DNA from: Eledone cirrhosa
Taxonomy: Eukaryota
Assembly: GCA_964016885.1 (NCBI GenBank)
Contig: OZ024740.1
Span: 389,298,001 to 389,362,000, forward strand
DNA: 64,000 bases
Direction of reading: 5' to 3'
The translations under genes were made by a program, and so were the position numbers. The notes beneath the pieces are model-generated. The model was given only the letters and a program-made list of their open reading frames with translations, was not told the DNA's origin and ran no database searches. Below, in pieces: positions 18,780-32,738 of this stretch; position 1 is the stretch's first letter; every line of letters begins with the position of its first letter.

Positions 18780-19480
18780 TAATGAGACGATCTCTCAGGG
18801 GAAGAAATATGGAAGGTCATCATCAAAATCCTAAAAAAACAAAAAAAAACAATAAGTCGCCAGGTACAGATGGCACCACCGCAGAGATGGTCAAAACCGG
18901 GAGGAAAATGCGTCACCACATGGATGTGTCAGTTTTGCTACCAGATCTGGCATACATGTGAAATACCGGAGGACTGAAAATACGTAGCAGTTGCGTGTGT
19001 CCCTAAAAAGGGTAATCTTGCAGAATGGGACAACTGAAGGGAAATAACACATCTATCCATACCAGAAAAGGTTTACCGCCAGGTTATCCTGAATCGAATG
19101 AAAGAGGCAATTGATTATTCTTGCGTGGATTCTGACCCAAACACTCCTGTGTCGATCAAATATTTACTCTACGACGCATCATCGAAAAGTACAATGACTT
19201 CATCCCCAACAGAAGTCCGTCAACGAACTCACCAACAACGTGTGTCTAATGTCATGTGCAAGCGTCGATGTGGCTGGTTGTGACACATCACACAACTCCC
19301 AAGTGCTAATCAGGTCCTGTATAGGTACTCCCATGGAAAGAGAGGAAGAGAACGCCCCAAGGTGAACTGGCAGCACGCACTCGACAGAGACCTGAAACAC
19401 GTCAACAAAAGTTGGAACACTGTATTGATAGACGCAACTGACCGTGGTCACTGGAGCACTTTGGCTACCCCATACGTCTC
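18780..19480 (+). pseudogene. Decayed, internally deleted RTE-clade LINE
   Basis: KSPGTDGTTAEMVK, IPED*..PKKGNL..N*REI..LSIPEKV..ILNRM motifs with stops. Confidence 0.7.
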
Positions 19481-19499
19481 ATATATATATATATATATC

Positions 19500-19632
19500 A
19501 AAAACGTAAAATAAGAAAATTATAGTAATTAGCTTACTTACTTAAATTTCATTCCAACTAATTAGTTTCTGAAAAGGAAGTAAGCTTTAAGTAAGTAAGC
19601 TAATTACTATAATTTTCTTATTTTACGTTTTT
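19500..19632. repeat. Perfect 47-bp inverted repeat with 39-nt spacer
   Basis: 19500-19546 is the exact reverse complement of 19586-19632. Confidence 0.95.
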
Positions 19633-19856
19633 CATATAATTGTTCTGCATCCCTTTGCATTGAACCACAAAGTTACTAAGACAAAACCTATATATTTGCT
19701 TGTATAGGTATACATCTATATATATATGTTGGTAGATATACTAATTCTTTATATATATATATAACGAAGGAAATGTGGTAAGGAACCAGGTGGACCATAA
19801 CGCACCAAAGTACTCAGTACTTAGGGTAGTAGAGTGGGTAATAGGAACGAGTAGGG

Positions 19857-19950
19857 CCCCGACGGCTGAGCTCAAGCCGTTTCGACGGCTAATTCTGGAC
19901 TAAATGAACATTTTTATCCTGGTATTTGAATAGCCGAGCTTCTCGGGGGG
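19857..19950 (-). ncRNA. Variant hammerhead in left inverted arm (core CCGAGAA)
   Basis: Reverse complement of 22670-22765. Confidence 0.6.
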
Positions 19951-20880
19951 GGGGGTAATTCCATATATGGTAAAAGTGATTGTCACAAGGATTGGTCAAA
20001 AGTTTGTTGTTGAGACATAATAATTCTATCATGGCAATTTGTGGAGGGAAGGGGTAGCTGAACCTGCCAGTAGAAGATAGAGGGAGAGGGGGTGGAAGAC
20101 GCAGTCGTGCGTTGATAGTGCCAACTACGGCAGGGCAGGAGGTCAAAGAAGATACTAGGGGGGGGGGAGTCGAAACAATAAGTAAAACAATACGGGGTAA
20201 ATATATAGAAAAATACCGGGAGTGTTAAAGAACAATTAAGTGTAAAGAAAAAAACAATTTCTGGTTACTATAACCTAAGGACAGCTATCAAGTCTCTCAC
20301 TGGTACTGCTAGACTAAAGAAAGGTTTACTCGGTGGGACGGAATTATAATGAGACCCTTTTAAGAGGTATAAGTAAACAACCGAATATATCTTACGGTGA
20401 CGGGTCAACAAGTGGGGGGCCAAAATACTAAAGAAATTACCACGAAATAATAAATTAGAGTCCCGAGACCAGTACGAAATAAAGGTTTCTACCCCAGGCA
20501 CAAGGCCAGCAACCACCCAGTGCAAAAGAAAATAAACTAATACGAAATAATAATTCAGAATCCCGAAAAAGAATACTAATACTATCTCTAAGGGTACCGC
20601 CACGCTACAAAAATTCTAATGCAAACTACATAAATGCTCGTACGACGTATATGTAAAATTTGATACGGAAAATTAATTCAGAATCCCCCCCCCCCCCCTC
20701 AAAAAAATTAATAAAAAATAAATAAATACTGATATACGATAAATTAAAGCAAAGATACCACTAAGAAATATAGAAAGCACGGAAAAGGTGCGGCCATCGG
20801 ATAAGAAGGCTAGTATGCGGGGTCTAACACATCTGCTATAAAAAGCGGAGTCGGCCAAATCTATCATAGATAACGCCGAG

Positions 20881-21546
20881 GTGACAACTCCTATCGGGAA
20901 AATCTTCTTTAGGCTCATTGAAAAACACTTCCCACTACAACACCGCTACCACAACATAATTAACAAAAATACCATCAAACTCTCCTACAGCACCACACCA
21001 AACTTTGCACAAAACATCGTCTCCTCTAACAACAAAAAACTCAACCCCCATGGAAGAAATAACCGAAATAGCAGTGCAGAGCCGACCAGGAGGTTCAACT
21101 GTCCTGATGGATCCATTTGCCCCCTCGACAACAGATGCAGAGATCGTAATGTGATCTACCAGTGCAACGTGAGGACGGACACCTCCAACAAAGCCTATAT
21201 AGGATTAACCGCATGTGACTTCAAGACCCGGCTATACCAACACAGACATACCTTCCGAAACCCGGCCCGGCGTCACGCCACTACACTTTCGGCCCACATA
21301 TGGGACCTCAAGGATAACAATATTACCTATGATCTCACTTGGAGCTTACTGTCCAGAGCCAACTCTTACACGGGAGGACGCCGTCCGTGCAATTTATGCT
21401 CGGAGGAAACTTTACAAATGCTGTTCTCGACGGACCAACTCCTAAACAAGAAAGATGAACTGGTAACTGCATGTAAACACCGATTGCGTAGGACTTACCT
21501 CGCTCTCAAACCCCATAATGACCCGGGGGGTAGACTAGGACTATAA
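20881..21546 (+). CDS. PLE GIY-YIG endonuclease domain, open frame but 5'-truncated (GTG, no RT)
   Basis: FPLQHRYHNIINKNTIKLSYS, CPLDNRC, VIY..AYIG..FKTRLYQH, LSAHIWDLK, CNLCSEE, LLNKKDE..CKH. Confidence 0.85.
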   Translation: MTTPIGKIFFRLIEKHFPLQHRYHNIINKNTIKLSYSTTPNFAQNIVSSNNKKLNPHGRNNRNSSAEPTRRFNCPDGSICPLDNRCRDRNVIYQCNVRTDTSNKAYIGLTACDFKTRLYQHRHTFRNPARRHATTLSAHIWDLKDNNITYDLTWSLLSRANSYTGGRRPCNLCSEETLQMLFSTDQLLNKKDELVTACKHRLRRTYLALKPHNDPGGRLGL

Positions 21547-22669
21547 CACCCCACTTGCCGATTTTGTATCGGGTAACCCCTGCTTGCAAAGGTAGACCTA
21601 ATATCTTCTATATCTTTTTATCACTTCCTCTATATTTCCTTCTTCCCCCCTCCCTCCCTAGTCCTTCCACCCCAGTCCTCTTTCTTTGTCGTCGTCCTTT
21701 TACTTTCTCGCCCACCCGAGGCAGCCCCTCGGTCCCTTGTAGCCTCAGTACCACCACCCCCTTCCCCTAATCCATGATAGATTTGGCCGACTCCGCTTTT
21801 TATAGCAGATGTGTTAGACCCTGGATACTAGCCTTCTTATCCGATGGCCGCACCTTTTCCGTGCTTTCTATATTTCTTAGTGGTATCTTTGCTTTAATTT
21901 ATCGTATATCAGTATTTTTTTTTGTAGGGGGGGGGGGGGGGATTCTGAATTAATTTTCCGTATCAAATTTTACATATACGTCGTACGAGCATTTATGTAG
22001 TTTGCACTAGAATTTTTGTAGCGTGGCAGCACCCTTAGAAATAGTATTAGTATTCTTTTTCGGGATTCTGAATTATTATTTCGTATTAGTTTATTTTTTT
22101 TGCACTGGGTGGTTGCTGGCCTTGTGCCTGGGGTAGAAACCTTTATTTCGTACTGGTCTCGGGACTCTAATTTATTATTTCGTGGTAGTTTCTTTAGTAT
22201 TTTGGCCCCCCACTTGTTGACCCGTCACCGTAAGATATATTCGGTTGTTTACTTATACCTCTTAAAAGGGTCTCATTATAATTCCATCCCACCTAGTAAA
22301 CCTTTCTTTAGTCTAGCAGTACCAGTGAGAGACTTGATAGCTGTCCTTAGGTTATAGTAACGAGAAATTGTTTTTTTCTTTACACTTAATTGTTTTTTAA
22401 CACTCCCGGTATTTTTCTATATATTTACCCCATATTGTTTTACTTATTGTTTCGACTCCCCCCCCCCCTAGTATCTTCTTTGACCTCCTGCCCTGCCGTA
22501 GTTGGCACTATTAACGCACGACTGCGTCTTCCACCCCCTCTCCCTCTATCTTCTACTGGCAGGTTCAGCTACCCCTTCCCTCCACAAATTACCATGATAG
22601 AATTATTATGTCTCAACAACAAACTTTTGACCAATCCTTGTGACAATCACTTTTACCATATATGGAATT

Positions 22670-22765
22670 ACCCTCTGAGAAGCTCGGCTATTCAAATACT
22701 AGGATAACATGTTTCATTTAGTCCAGAATTAGCCGTCGAAACGGCTTGAGCTCAGCCGTCGGGGT
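22670..22765 (+). ncRNA. Variant hammerhead (G8A, core CTGAGAA) with extended stem II and 6-bp stem III
   Basis: ACCCT/GGGGT stem I; CGGCTA/TAGCCG stem II; GAA-ACGGCT(TGAGCTC)AGCCGT-C cleavage site GTC. Confidence 0.72.
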
Positions 22766-22775
22766 CCTACTCGTT

Positions 22776-22812
<37 letters not shown>

Positions 22813-22818
<6 letters not shown>

Positions 22819-23205
22819 ACAGGAGGCTGGACTGGTGTAAATCCTTGAAAGGTTTATTATACTATGATCATTTCAATGACCGGGTCCCATATGAATCCGG
22901 TGATATCATTAGGTATTCGAAATATAACAAAGTAATATATAAAAATCCATGGGTCCGAAAAATCAGAGACAGAGAGGACGACTGACCAACTAGCTGCTTT
23001 CACCTCGGCCAGTCGCCCTCAAAGTGTTATGTTATTTTATTTTTAATTAACTCCGTATTCGCACCACCAACTACACGAACGAAGACGGGTGAACTGCACT
23101 ACGTTGAGTACTCTCCACAATATTACACCAAGATTGACCATACGGAATGACCAATTCTATCCAGGAGTTTGGCTCTTCCGTGTTCAGACCAACAAACCTA
23201 AATAA
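22813..23205 (-). mobile_element. Probable PLE 3'-end remnant with decayed hammerhead at 22862-22913
   Basis: Minus strand CTAATGA..ACCGG/CCGGT stem..GAAATGATC followed by AATAAA; TA flanks. Confidence 0.45.
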
Positions 23206-23218
23206 ATATATATATATA

Positions 23219-25046
23219 CCAGGTAATACTAGAAGGTGTCATACCAAAAGATTGGTGCAGTAGCATCATTGTCAACTTCTACAAAGGTAAAGGTGATGCA
23301 CTAGATAGAGGAAACTATAGAGGTATAAAGCTGATGGACCAGGTCATGAAAGTAATAGAAAGAGTTATAGCACAGTTGATTATGGACCGGGTGAAAATAG
23401 ATGAGATGCAATTTGGGTTTGTACCAGGAAGAGGCACCACTGATGCCCTCTTCCTTGTGAGGCAGTTACAGGAAAAGTACCTAGCTAAAAGTAAGCCACT
23501 CTACCTGGCATTCGTCGATCTCGAGAAAGCCTTTGACAGAGTTCCACGTGCTGTAATCTGGTGGGCTCTTAGAAAACTAGGAGTAGATGAATGGCTTGTG
23601 AAAGCTGTACAAGCCATGTATAGGGGAGCAGTCAGCAAAGTTAGGATTAGCAATGAGTATAGCGAGGAATTTAGCGTGCAGGTTGATGTCCACCAGGGCT
23701 CTGTTCTTAGCCCTCTCCTGTTCATCATAGTCCTGCAAGCAATAACGGAGGAGTTTAAGACCGGATGCCCATGGGAGCTCCTGTATGCTGATGACCTCGC
23801 ACTTATAGCTGAATCTATGGTAGAACTAGAGAATAAATTCCAAACTTGGAAGCAGGGACTAGAAAGAAAGAGTCTCAAAGTCAACATGACAAAGACTAAG
23901 GTCCTTGTAAGTAGACGAGAAAACAGAACCCAGATCCCCTCGGGGAAATGGCTTTGCTTAGTATGTAGGAAAGGTGTAGGTAGGAACTCCATTCTCTGCC
24001 CCAAATGCAAACAATGGGTACACAAGAGATGTAGCGGGATCTTAGGAAGCTTAATTAAGAATGTAGGCTTCACATGCAGCAGCTGTGCTGGGACAGAAAA
24101 CAGCAAACAACCACAGGAAACAAGTACCACCAATCTCTGGGAGGGCTCTGTAAAAACAGTAGACAGCTTCTGCTACCTAGGTGACCGAATTAGCAGCGGA
24201 GGTGGGTGTTCAGAAAGTACAATAACTAGGGTAAGAACGAGATGGAAGAAGTTCAGGGAACTACTGCCACTGCTAGCTGCAAAAGGCTTCTCCCTCAAAA
24301 TGAAAGGCAGACTGTATGATGCGTGTATACGAACAGCAATGTTACATGGTAGTGAGACCTGGGCGCTGAAGGTGGAAGACTTACGTAGATTAGAAAGAAA
24401 CGAAGCTTGCATGCTCCGATGGATGTGTAATAGTAATATACGCGAACGACAAAGCATAAATGAATTGAGAGAGAGACTGAGCAGAAGAGGAATCAAATGC
24501 TGTGTGCAGGAGAGGCGGTTGCGTTGGTATGGATATGTGATGCGTATGAAGGATGACAGCTGCATAAAAAGGTGCAGAGCACTAGAAATCAATGGAAACC
24601 GCGGAGTAGGGAGACCCAAGAAGACCTGGGATGATGTGATAAAAGCCGACCTTACCCAATTACACCTCTCAAAGGCGATGACACACGAGCGTGGCCTCTG
24701 GTGTCACGCAGTAATACAGAGTACCCGACCTCCCATGGGTACAAGCTGAAGCATATAGACAATATGCCCCCCACACCCTCCTATTGCAAGGTGGTCGTGG
24801 AGGTGCCACGGCAAAAAAGCACCCAGCCCACACTGTAAAGTGGATGTGTAGGCGCCACGGAAAAAGCACCCAGCACTCACTGTAAATGAGGTTGGTGTTA
24901 GGAAGGGCATCCAGCTGTAGAAATCAAGCCAAAATCAGTTCCTGTATGAGCAAGGCATGGTCAGCCGACCAGACACCGCCCACAACAGGACAACCCGTCT
25001 AACCCATGCTAGCATGGAAGAACGGACGTAAAATGGTGATGATGAT
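23219..25046 (+). mobile_element. 5'-truncated RTE-clade LINE with PHD finger in RT and (GAT)n tail
   Basis: ORF 23334-24749: QFGF..G.GTTDA, FVDLEKAFDRV, HQGSVLSPLLF, LYADD, FCYLG, GSETW, GRPKKTW; TA flanks. Confidence 0.95.
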
Positions 25047-25056
25047 ATATATATAC

Positions 25057-25168
<112 letters not shown>

Positions 25169-25177
25169 ATATATATA

Positions 25178-28115
25178 TATGGAGAGGGACTGAAGACACT
25201 TGCTGGAAGTATAGAGTCAGTGACGTCATTTAACTGGAAAGACGACAGGCATTGGCTATCCTTTCCATTTTTGTCTATCGTGTTGACCAGGCGTGATTGT
25301 CGTATAATCTCGGACATATGTTCTAGGTTTCTGGCCAGAGTTTGTGTGGGTAGGTCTCTCGCGGATGCATTCCATCTGGACAAGATCGACGATAGGAGAG
25401 GACCACGAGGTAGGTGAGGCTACACGTTTCCTCAACGTCTTGCTCTTTCTTTTTTTTTTCCACTCTCATTCCTCACCCGTAGACAATATATAAGGATTGG
25501 TAACGATACTATCTGACCCTTCTGTGGCGAGGGAGATATAATCGCCTGGATTCGAAAGATCAGAGTGGTGACCAGGCTGCAAGGCATTGAAGATGTAGCA
25601 GGCCTCATGGCTATGTACTTGAAAGGAAATATGTTGGCGTTGTACCTTGAAATGAAGAGGTAGCAGTATGGTGGAGATGGTGGTACGGGAAACGAGAATA
25701 AGGCTGCAAGCAATTGTGCTGGACCATGAGGTGGATGGAGGTGATGGGCATGGGTACGATCGGCCATTTAGGTGTTACAGTTAATGAAGACGGGGTAACG
25801 TTGGATGCTGTGGGACATTATGCGCCGTCAGGGTACAGCAGGAAGACTCTGAAGAAAAATGTGCACCCACCATTGAAGACAAGGACTTCCAGGCTATATT
25901 CGACGGTCAGCAGTGGACAGTTAAATGACACTAGAAGAGAAAACCCCCGACGTTGAAAAATAAAGTGAGCTGATATCAGCATTGAAAGGAAATGCCAGGG
26001 GCAAGTTCGAGGGAGAGGTGGAAAGATGGGTCGAGGAGTGTATTCTAATCCCTTGAAAGGAAGAGGAGAGCGGCGTGTTGCTGCTAATGGCAGTGGTGCA
26101 GCCAACGAAAAACATAATCCAGCCGGTAGGCGATGGAGGGTGGTACTGTACAAGCTGCGAAGAGACATGGCAGGTGTATTGATATTTCGGAGAGGAAATG
26201 AAATCCAGGAACTGGGCACCGGCGTGAATTGTTCTCGATGTGCGGGAGACAAGTGGGCCGCTATCGGGGTGGCTCCAAACGTTCGGATTATTCAAAAGGT
26301 GGTCGGGGGTCGTTACATGAGTCAGTCCATCGATCCCGCTCCGGGTGTGCACGAGACGGGAAAATTCCAGTGGAACACAACTGGAAACGTTTGGCTGTGG
26401 ATGTGACGCATTGCAGTAGGGAACGTATCTCTCAATGATCGACTCTGGACCGAGGTGGGTAGCAATAGGGAAGGAAATAAAAAGGGGAGGCGGGCTGCAG
26501 ATGAAATTGAACGAATGCTGAACGAGATATTTTTGATAGACAACGGCACTGCATTTCGTTCAGAGGTGCTGAAACAAATGCTTGACAAGTGGAACATGAA
26601 CCACTTCTTCAAAGCGGCGTATAGACCAAGTGGAAATAGGATTGTGGAGAGACACCATCGCTCGATCAAGATGGAGAAGGAACATATCTCTCACATTGAG
26701 GCAGTGTGTAGTGGATAAATGATATTCTTTTGATGGGTGTTTGATGAAAAGAATAATGCCATGATTGAGTTGTTAACAACGTTTATTTTATAACAATATT
26801 CACTTTAAACATCGAATAATGATATTTATGACATGAATTATCCTTACATTAATTAGCTGGTTAGCTTCTACGAGTTAGCGTAAATGCATGCATCACAGAA
26901 AACGATATGGTAAAGGTTGTGTTGTATCTTACAGATACAATATGACAGGAAGACGAAAGAATAGGTGAAGCATAGCAGTAAACAAATTAAACTTACTATG
27001 TGTGTGTATTCTTAGTATACGTTATTGTCGTAGTAGTAGTGGTCAATCTGTCAGGCAGGCATGGCTGGCTGTGTCTGAGGTCGATAGGGTGAGGACCAGT
27101 AAGGGCCAGCAGAGAGAAAGGTTAAAAGGTCTGCTGATGCCTACATCGTTATCACTCGCTGACTGCTGCTTCGGGTCAGCCTGCTGGGTTCCTTAAGTCA
27201 TTGTATTTATAATAATGTTATAGTTAGAAGGATGTGTATATGAAGTTGATTTATGATCAGCCATGTGGATATTGTCTCTCAGGAAGCTGAGGTCACAGGT
27301 CAAGTGGTATGTACGTTTATCATCCTATTTCTTGACAAGACAATCGTGGGAAATTCCCTATAATGGGTGGTCTCAGATGCGAGAACTCTTAGATTCGGTT
27401 TCGAATCTTCGCCGGGTAATTTATAGGAGAATTCCGTTACAAGTGTTTTGATATATGTCACCCGGTCATGACAGGCAGAGGAGTCGGTGTCACACAGAGC
27501 GATATTCAGGTTTAAATTGCGGCATCCATGTACAGTATAACAGTAACCTATGGAAGGGGGAGAGATTGCATTCGTGCAGGTAGGAGACGAAGTCTGGGTC
27601 AAGCTCCTAAATGCGCACTGCATGTCTCAATGGGAGAAGAGAATGGTAACTGTGGGTTCCTGAAACAACGTGTTAGTGGATCGAATGTTGTGTCGTGTCT
27701 TCGATGTCCGCAGGGTCGTCGATTTGTCGGACGACGATGAAAAGGATGCGAGCATGCTGGGATCACATCGGGAGCGACCTCCACCCAGGTGGGTGGAGGA
27801 CTATGACATGAAGTGAGGCAATGGTGATCTTTGGGGAAAGGGGCGTGTGGAGATGGGCTTGTCGGAAGTATAGGGGCTAGTGACGTCACATAACTGGAAG
27901 GACAACTGGCATGGGTTCTCTCTTATCCCCCCCTCCCAGGGGGGGGGGGGCTGTTGTGTTAATCGAACTTGATTGTTGTGTGAGCTCAGAAATATGTGCT
28001 AGATTTCTGATCAGAGATTTGGCGGCTAGGGCTCTCGTGGATATATCCCATCAGGACAAGATCGACAATAGGACAGGGCCCGCAAGATAGGTGAGGCTAC
28101 GCTTTTTTCCCTTAC
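25178..28115 (+). mobile_element. Old, internally deleted Ty3/Gypsy element with diverged LTRs (~25178-25440 and ~27846-28115)
   Basis: Diverged direct repeats (GTGACGTCA..TAACTGGAA..GGACAAGATCGAC..TAGGTGAGGCTAC); PPT GGGGAAAGGGG at ~27833; gag relic FCGEGDIIAWIRKI at ~25520; integrase relic IDNGTAFRS..AYRPSGNRIVERHHRSIK at 26520-26670. Confidence 0.8.
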
Positions 28116-30559
28116 AATAATATATATTTGATTTACTAGTGATTTTTTCATTTTTTGCTACTTTCTCACGCTACTTTTTTATGAAATTGATCTGGTAACT
28201 ATGATACAGCACGTATTTGGTAAAGCTTAAATTAGCTTATGGGTAAAAATTCTTAAGGCGTTGTCATGGCTAACATGGTTGTTGTCAGAAAACATTAAAT
28301 GAAGATATTACATTCATTGTATTCAGATGTCCGAACAATAAACAAGAAAGAGGGCTGAGGGGAGATAATAGCGTAACTATTATCACCACTAAGCAATCCC
28401 CACCCATCCGCCTTTTCTTTTTTTAGTTGTGATTATTTATTGTTACAAGGTGGAAAAAAACTGTGGATGGCAATAAACACTATTTCGTTTTAACTCTTTT
28501 CTCTTTTAATACATTATCTTTTGAAATCATGAAGGTATGTAGAATTAGCAGCAGCAACCAACAACAACAGCCACAATATTAACAATGCCATTAGTAATAG
28601 GGGCAATGGGACAAAAAGTGAAAATAAATACAATACAATAACAAAGGGATTAGAGAGAAATAATAAGAATTCTTAGCGGTATTAACATAACTGAAGTGTG
28701 GATTGCTTTATAAAATACGTGGCTAGTGTTTAAATACTTATATAGCTACTCACTTCTTAAGAAGCTGCCTCAAATATATTTTTAAGAAACAGAAAAACAT
28801 ATTACAAAACAAGATAATTTTAATAGATAAATATATGTGTACAAAATCAACACAATATTTAACGGAAACTACGTAAATGTGTAAACATGTGTCTTCTTGA
28901 CGTATTTAATCATATGATAGTTTCTTAACCTCAGATGAACTGTACGGGCTTTCGTGGGACTGGGCGGCAGAAGCGTAGCAAAGGGGTGCGAAAGGGGCAA
29001 TCGCTTGTGGACGCAAGTGTGAATAGGCGCAGAAATTTCCACTGGCCTATCATACCTGTTAATCAAGGTTTGGAGTTACCAAAATTGTCTTTGTTGCCTA
29101 ACATTGAGATCCCTTGCTATGACACTGGTGGGAGGAGGAGGGGGGGGGGGGGGGTTATTAAATCGAACGCAGTACTTGACTAGTACTTTATTTCATCGAC
29201 CCTGGAAAAATAAAAAGCAAAGCTGACCTTGGCAGACCGCAAGGCAACATTTTGGTAATACACCCCACCCTCTCTAATAACGAACTCTTTATCTTTAGAA
29301 CAATCATTTTCTTATTTATTTCCTTTATGTTTATTTGTAATGTTACTTTTGTGATATATCTGTTAAATGTTCGCACACGCATACACACTGCGTCAAGCAT
29401 TTCAATTGTATTTTTACAGAGACATGTACGTGTGCAGTTTGACTCATGTATGGATATGGCGAGATACCTATTCTCAACAAAAGCTATCGGCTCTCAGTCG
29501 CCTAACTCAGGTGTGCAATGCTACCGGCACACAATTACTCCATGGCTTAACTTCAATCTGGTCTCATCTTCCCCACTCACTAAGGTGCACCATTTCAGCT
29601 TGACGATTGCGATCCCGTATGTTTCAAACCATTCGATGTTTCATGCATGTAGATGTTTACACACACATTGCACAAGCATACACATTGTTACAAAATGTTC
29701 AGATTTTTTCTTCTTTTTTTTGTATACAGCGCAAGGTCTATGTAATTGATTTACGTGGAATTTCACGAGATAATTCTTTCTTCTATATTCTACCTCCACT
29801 AGTTTTGAGGTTACGGCAAAATCTATTGGCACACTCCCTCAAACACGGCACTAGTACACCTTGCACTCGTTACATGCAACTACACCCAAATAGCCATAGT
29901 TTTGACTTCAAGATTTAGTCTCCGATTCCTTGCATATTGAGGAATGCACACCTGGCTTGTGCAACCTGTTTTAGCGACCCACAGCTCCGCATATTGGCAG
30001 CCAGCAAGATCTCGATTCCACGTATTTCTTCAGGGCATAGTCTTGTAGTTTGGTCCGCTACTCCTTTGTCGATCTAGGCGAGGAACTATGTAACGAATGC
30101 AATCAGTCTGATTTGAACTTTTGTTCTCAGGTTGACTAAATTGGTCTGTGTGACTACACATGCCGACCTTTTCGACCACATAGATATTGAATTCCTTTGT
30201 TCGGGACTGTCGTCAGCTTGTCTGGAGAAAATGGCCAGATTACATAATAAATTCATCTACGCTCACAAATGAGTGAACGACTGATAGACTTATACAATAA
30301 CATTCCAACTACATCAAAAACGCGTTTACTCAGTGGTGTTAATAATTTATTCAATATATAAATACAAAATCAATTCGTTTATTACATTGATTGCTCGGAA
30401 ACGTGAAAATAATTATTAAAATGCGTTATAATATTATTTGAACTTTCATTTCTCTAAATGTATTCTCAATTGTTTTCTTGGGTTTGTGATTTCCTTCCAA
30501 TAATGGATATCATTGTTAATATGGTGCATTGACTTGGAATGACAGAACTGTTTAAGTGG

Positions 30560-30860
30560 CCTAATTCCCACAGTTGTGGCATTTCATACATTGGATAAGA
30601 CAATTAGAATGATGATAGAATCTGCCACAGTTTCGAAATCTGCTATGAATTCTCTATTATTGTCTGATACAATAATGTATAGAACCCCCGGCTGTGCAAA
30701 CACATTAAAGAATCTTTAATTTTCTCTAAACTACTCTTACGACATTGAAACCCTCTATCTAAGTAATACCTTATCTAACAATATCGAGCTTACATCTTTT
30801 ACATGTTCCCAAGCGATGTGGAGCCTTTTTTTATGGTTCAGAAACAGATCACTTGTTTGT
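30560..30860 (-). pseudogene. Highly decayed LTR-retrotransposon integrase fragment
   Basis: RLHIAW and VFAQPGV..IVSDNNREF motifs. Confidence 0.45.
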
Positions 30861-32738
30861 GAAAGGGGTCTCTTTAAATCTAACAATGTATATTTAATCA
30901 TTTGAAAAGCTCTTCTGCTAAAATGTTTGATGATCAAATCGCATGTTTCTTATATACAAGTTAACTTAGCCATTGTTTTTTGTTTGTTTGTTTGGTTGGT
31001 TGGTTTTAGTAAATGTATGCAAATACAGGAAAAAGTGGCTCAATCTTCCCAGCATAATTTGATATTAATCATCAGTAATACACTGTTGTTCCTATTAGGT
31101 AATTTTTTTTAGTAAACTTAATTTGCAAGCAGTCAAGTGCAACTTAGAAGAATTCAAATATGATCCGCAGGAGATTATAGAATTAGTATTTATGACATGT
31201 CTAGTCTCTACACAGACTAGAGTGAAACTATTAGACCGCATGTGAATAATAATAAAAAATACACAATAGTTTTGTTGTTTTTTGCGGTTTGCAGCTAGGA
31301 TGATAGGGATCACACATAAACAAGAAAATCTATGTAATTTCAACTTCGATCAAAATTTACACTTTCACAAATACATACGCATATCTATAAAATACACACA
31401 CATATCTGAATATATATAGAGAGGTGGTAGATTCCAATCAGGTAATTGTAGTAAATCAAAACAATTTAAACATCTTTCTATGATATAGAGAAAGCATAAC
31501 ATTTGAGTAGTGAGCGATGGGCGTATGTGTAAACTCAAAATCAAAATCTTTTTTCCTGCTGTACAGGATAACTATTTCCCTCAAATCAATCCATGGGCCC
31601 TGCACTTCTGGTGAAATCGCAAAGGGGTGTTTGGGGCTTTTTTTTTATTTGGCGAAGCCCATCCCTTTTAGAGAAAGAGAGATAGAGAGGGAGAGAGACA
31701 ATCGACCCTAGTACTTGACTGTGAAGAGAAGGAGCCTATCGTCAGATAGGACCAAGTTAAGAATGTTTCCATTGCTGATACCATCTGCCGGTTGCCCTGG
31801 CGGAAAAACATGAAATAATTTGGTTCAAGAACACAAGGCTACGTCCAGTCTTGGAATAAAACCCACGAACTTATGGTTGTGAGTCTAAAGCTCTACCGAC
31901 ATGCTTACGTGCCTTCACTGCTACTTGAAGGAAGAATAGCAATGTTAACCCCCTGATAGATTTGAACTCAGTGCGTGGAGAGCCAAAATATGTATCATAA
32001 AGCAGTTTATTTGATGTTCTAAATACTTCGCCAATTTGTTGCCCTATTTATCGAATTTATCTTTTTTAAGATATATTCAAGATATTCATTAAGTAATCTC
32101 GGATTGCGTTTTAGCTACTTGATTTGAAAACATGTCTGCAAATACACTGCTTCTGCTAACGTCTACGACGACTACGACATTATTGTTGTTAGTGGTGATG
32201 CGGTAGTGATGATGCTGCTGTTGCTATTGCTGTTGTTTGCATTGCTGCAGTCCATAGTCTATAACGTCGATACTGTTATACATACAAAAAACTACTATCA
32301 GAAAGCTTTTAAAAAAAAAGAACAAGTTAAGCGGTGTGATTCTTATAAATACACGAACTTCAGAACTAGAAGCATTGGTTTCCTTAATAAAAGACATGAA
32401 TTGGAAGAGGAAAATCCGTGTAGTATGTGGATGGACATGAAAATCGGAGAATACTATTGAGGACACCGGGATAATCAACTTTAACGATAAAAGAAGTATA
32501 TGACTCTTACTGATGAACACTCCGAAAAAATGCTTGCCGCTGATTTCAGTGTACCCCTGGTAGAATATAATGTATGGCAGGGGTGGTGAAACGGGGGGGG
32601 GGCATTCCTCCTGCCCCTCCAATAATTATATATTTCTCCCCAAATTACCAAAACACACATCTATGTATATTCACTACAATTTATGTACATGTTATGTTTA
32701 TCGCATATCGAAGTTTTTTATATCTTGGTTGATATTTA

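Larger units (their letters stand above)
19762..22780 (+). mobile_element. Neptune-type PLE insertion: inverted pLTR, 5'-truncated GIY-YIG, pLTR, within (TA)n
   Basis: ~19841-20870 is the reverse complement of ~21770-22780; TA tracts on both flanks. Confidence 0.9.

Noticed and set aside
19889-22707. Duplicated small ORFs (19889, 20268, 22100, 22390)
   Set aside because: Chance frames in the two arms of the inverted PLE 3' UTR
23501-24619. Antisense ORFs over the RTE copies (also near 44459 and 59418-60875)
   Set aside because: Shadow frames of the RT coding strand
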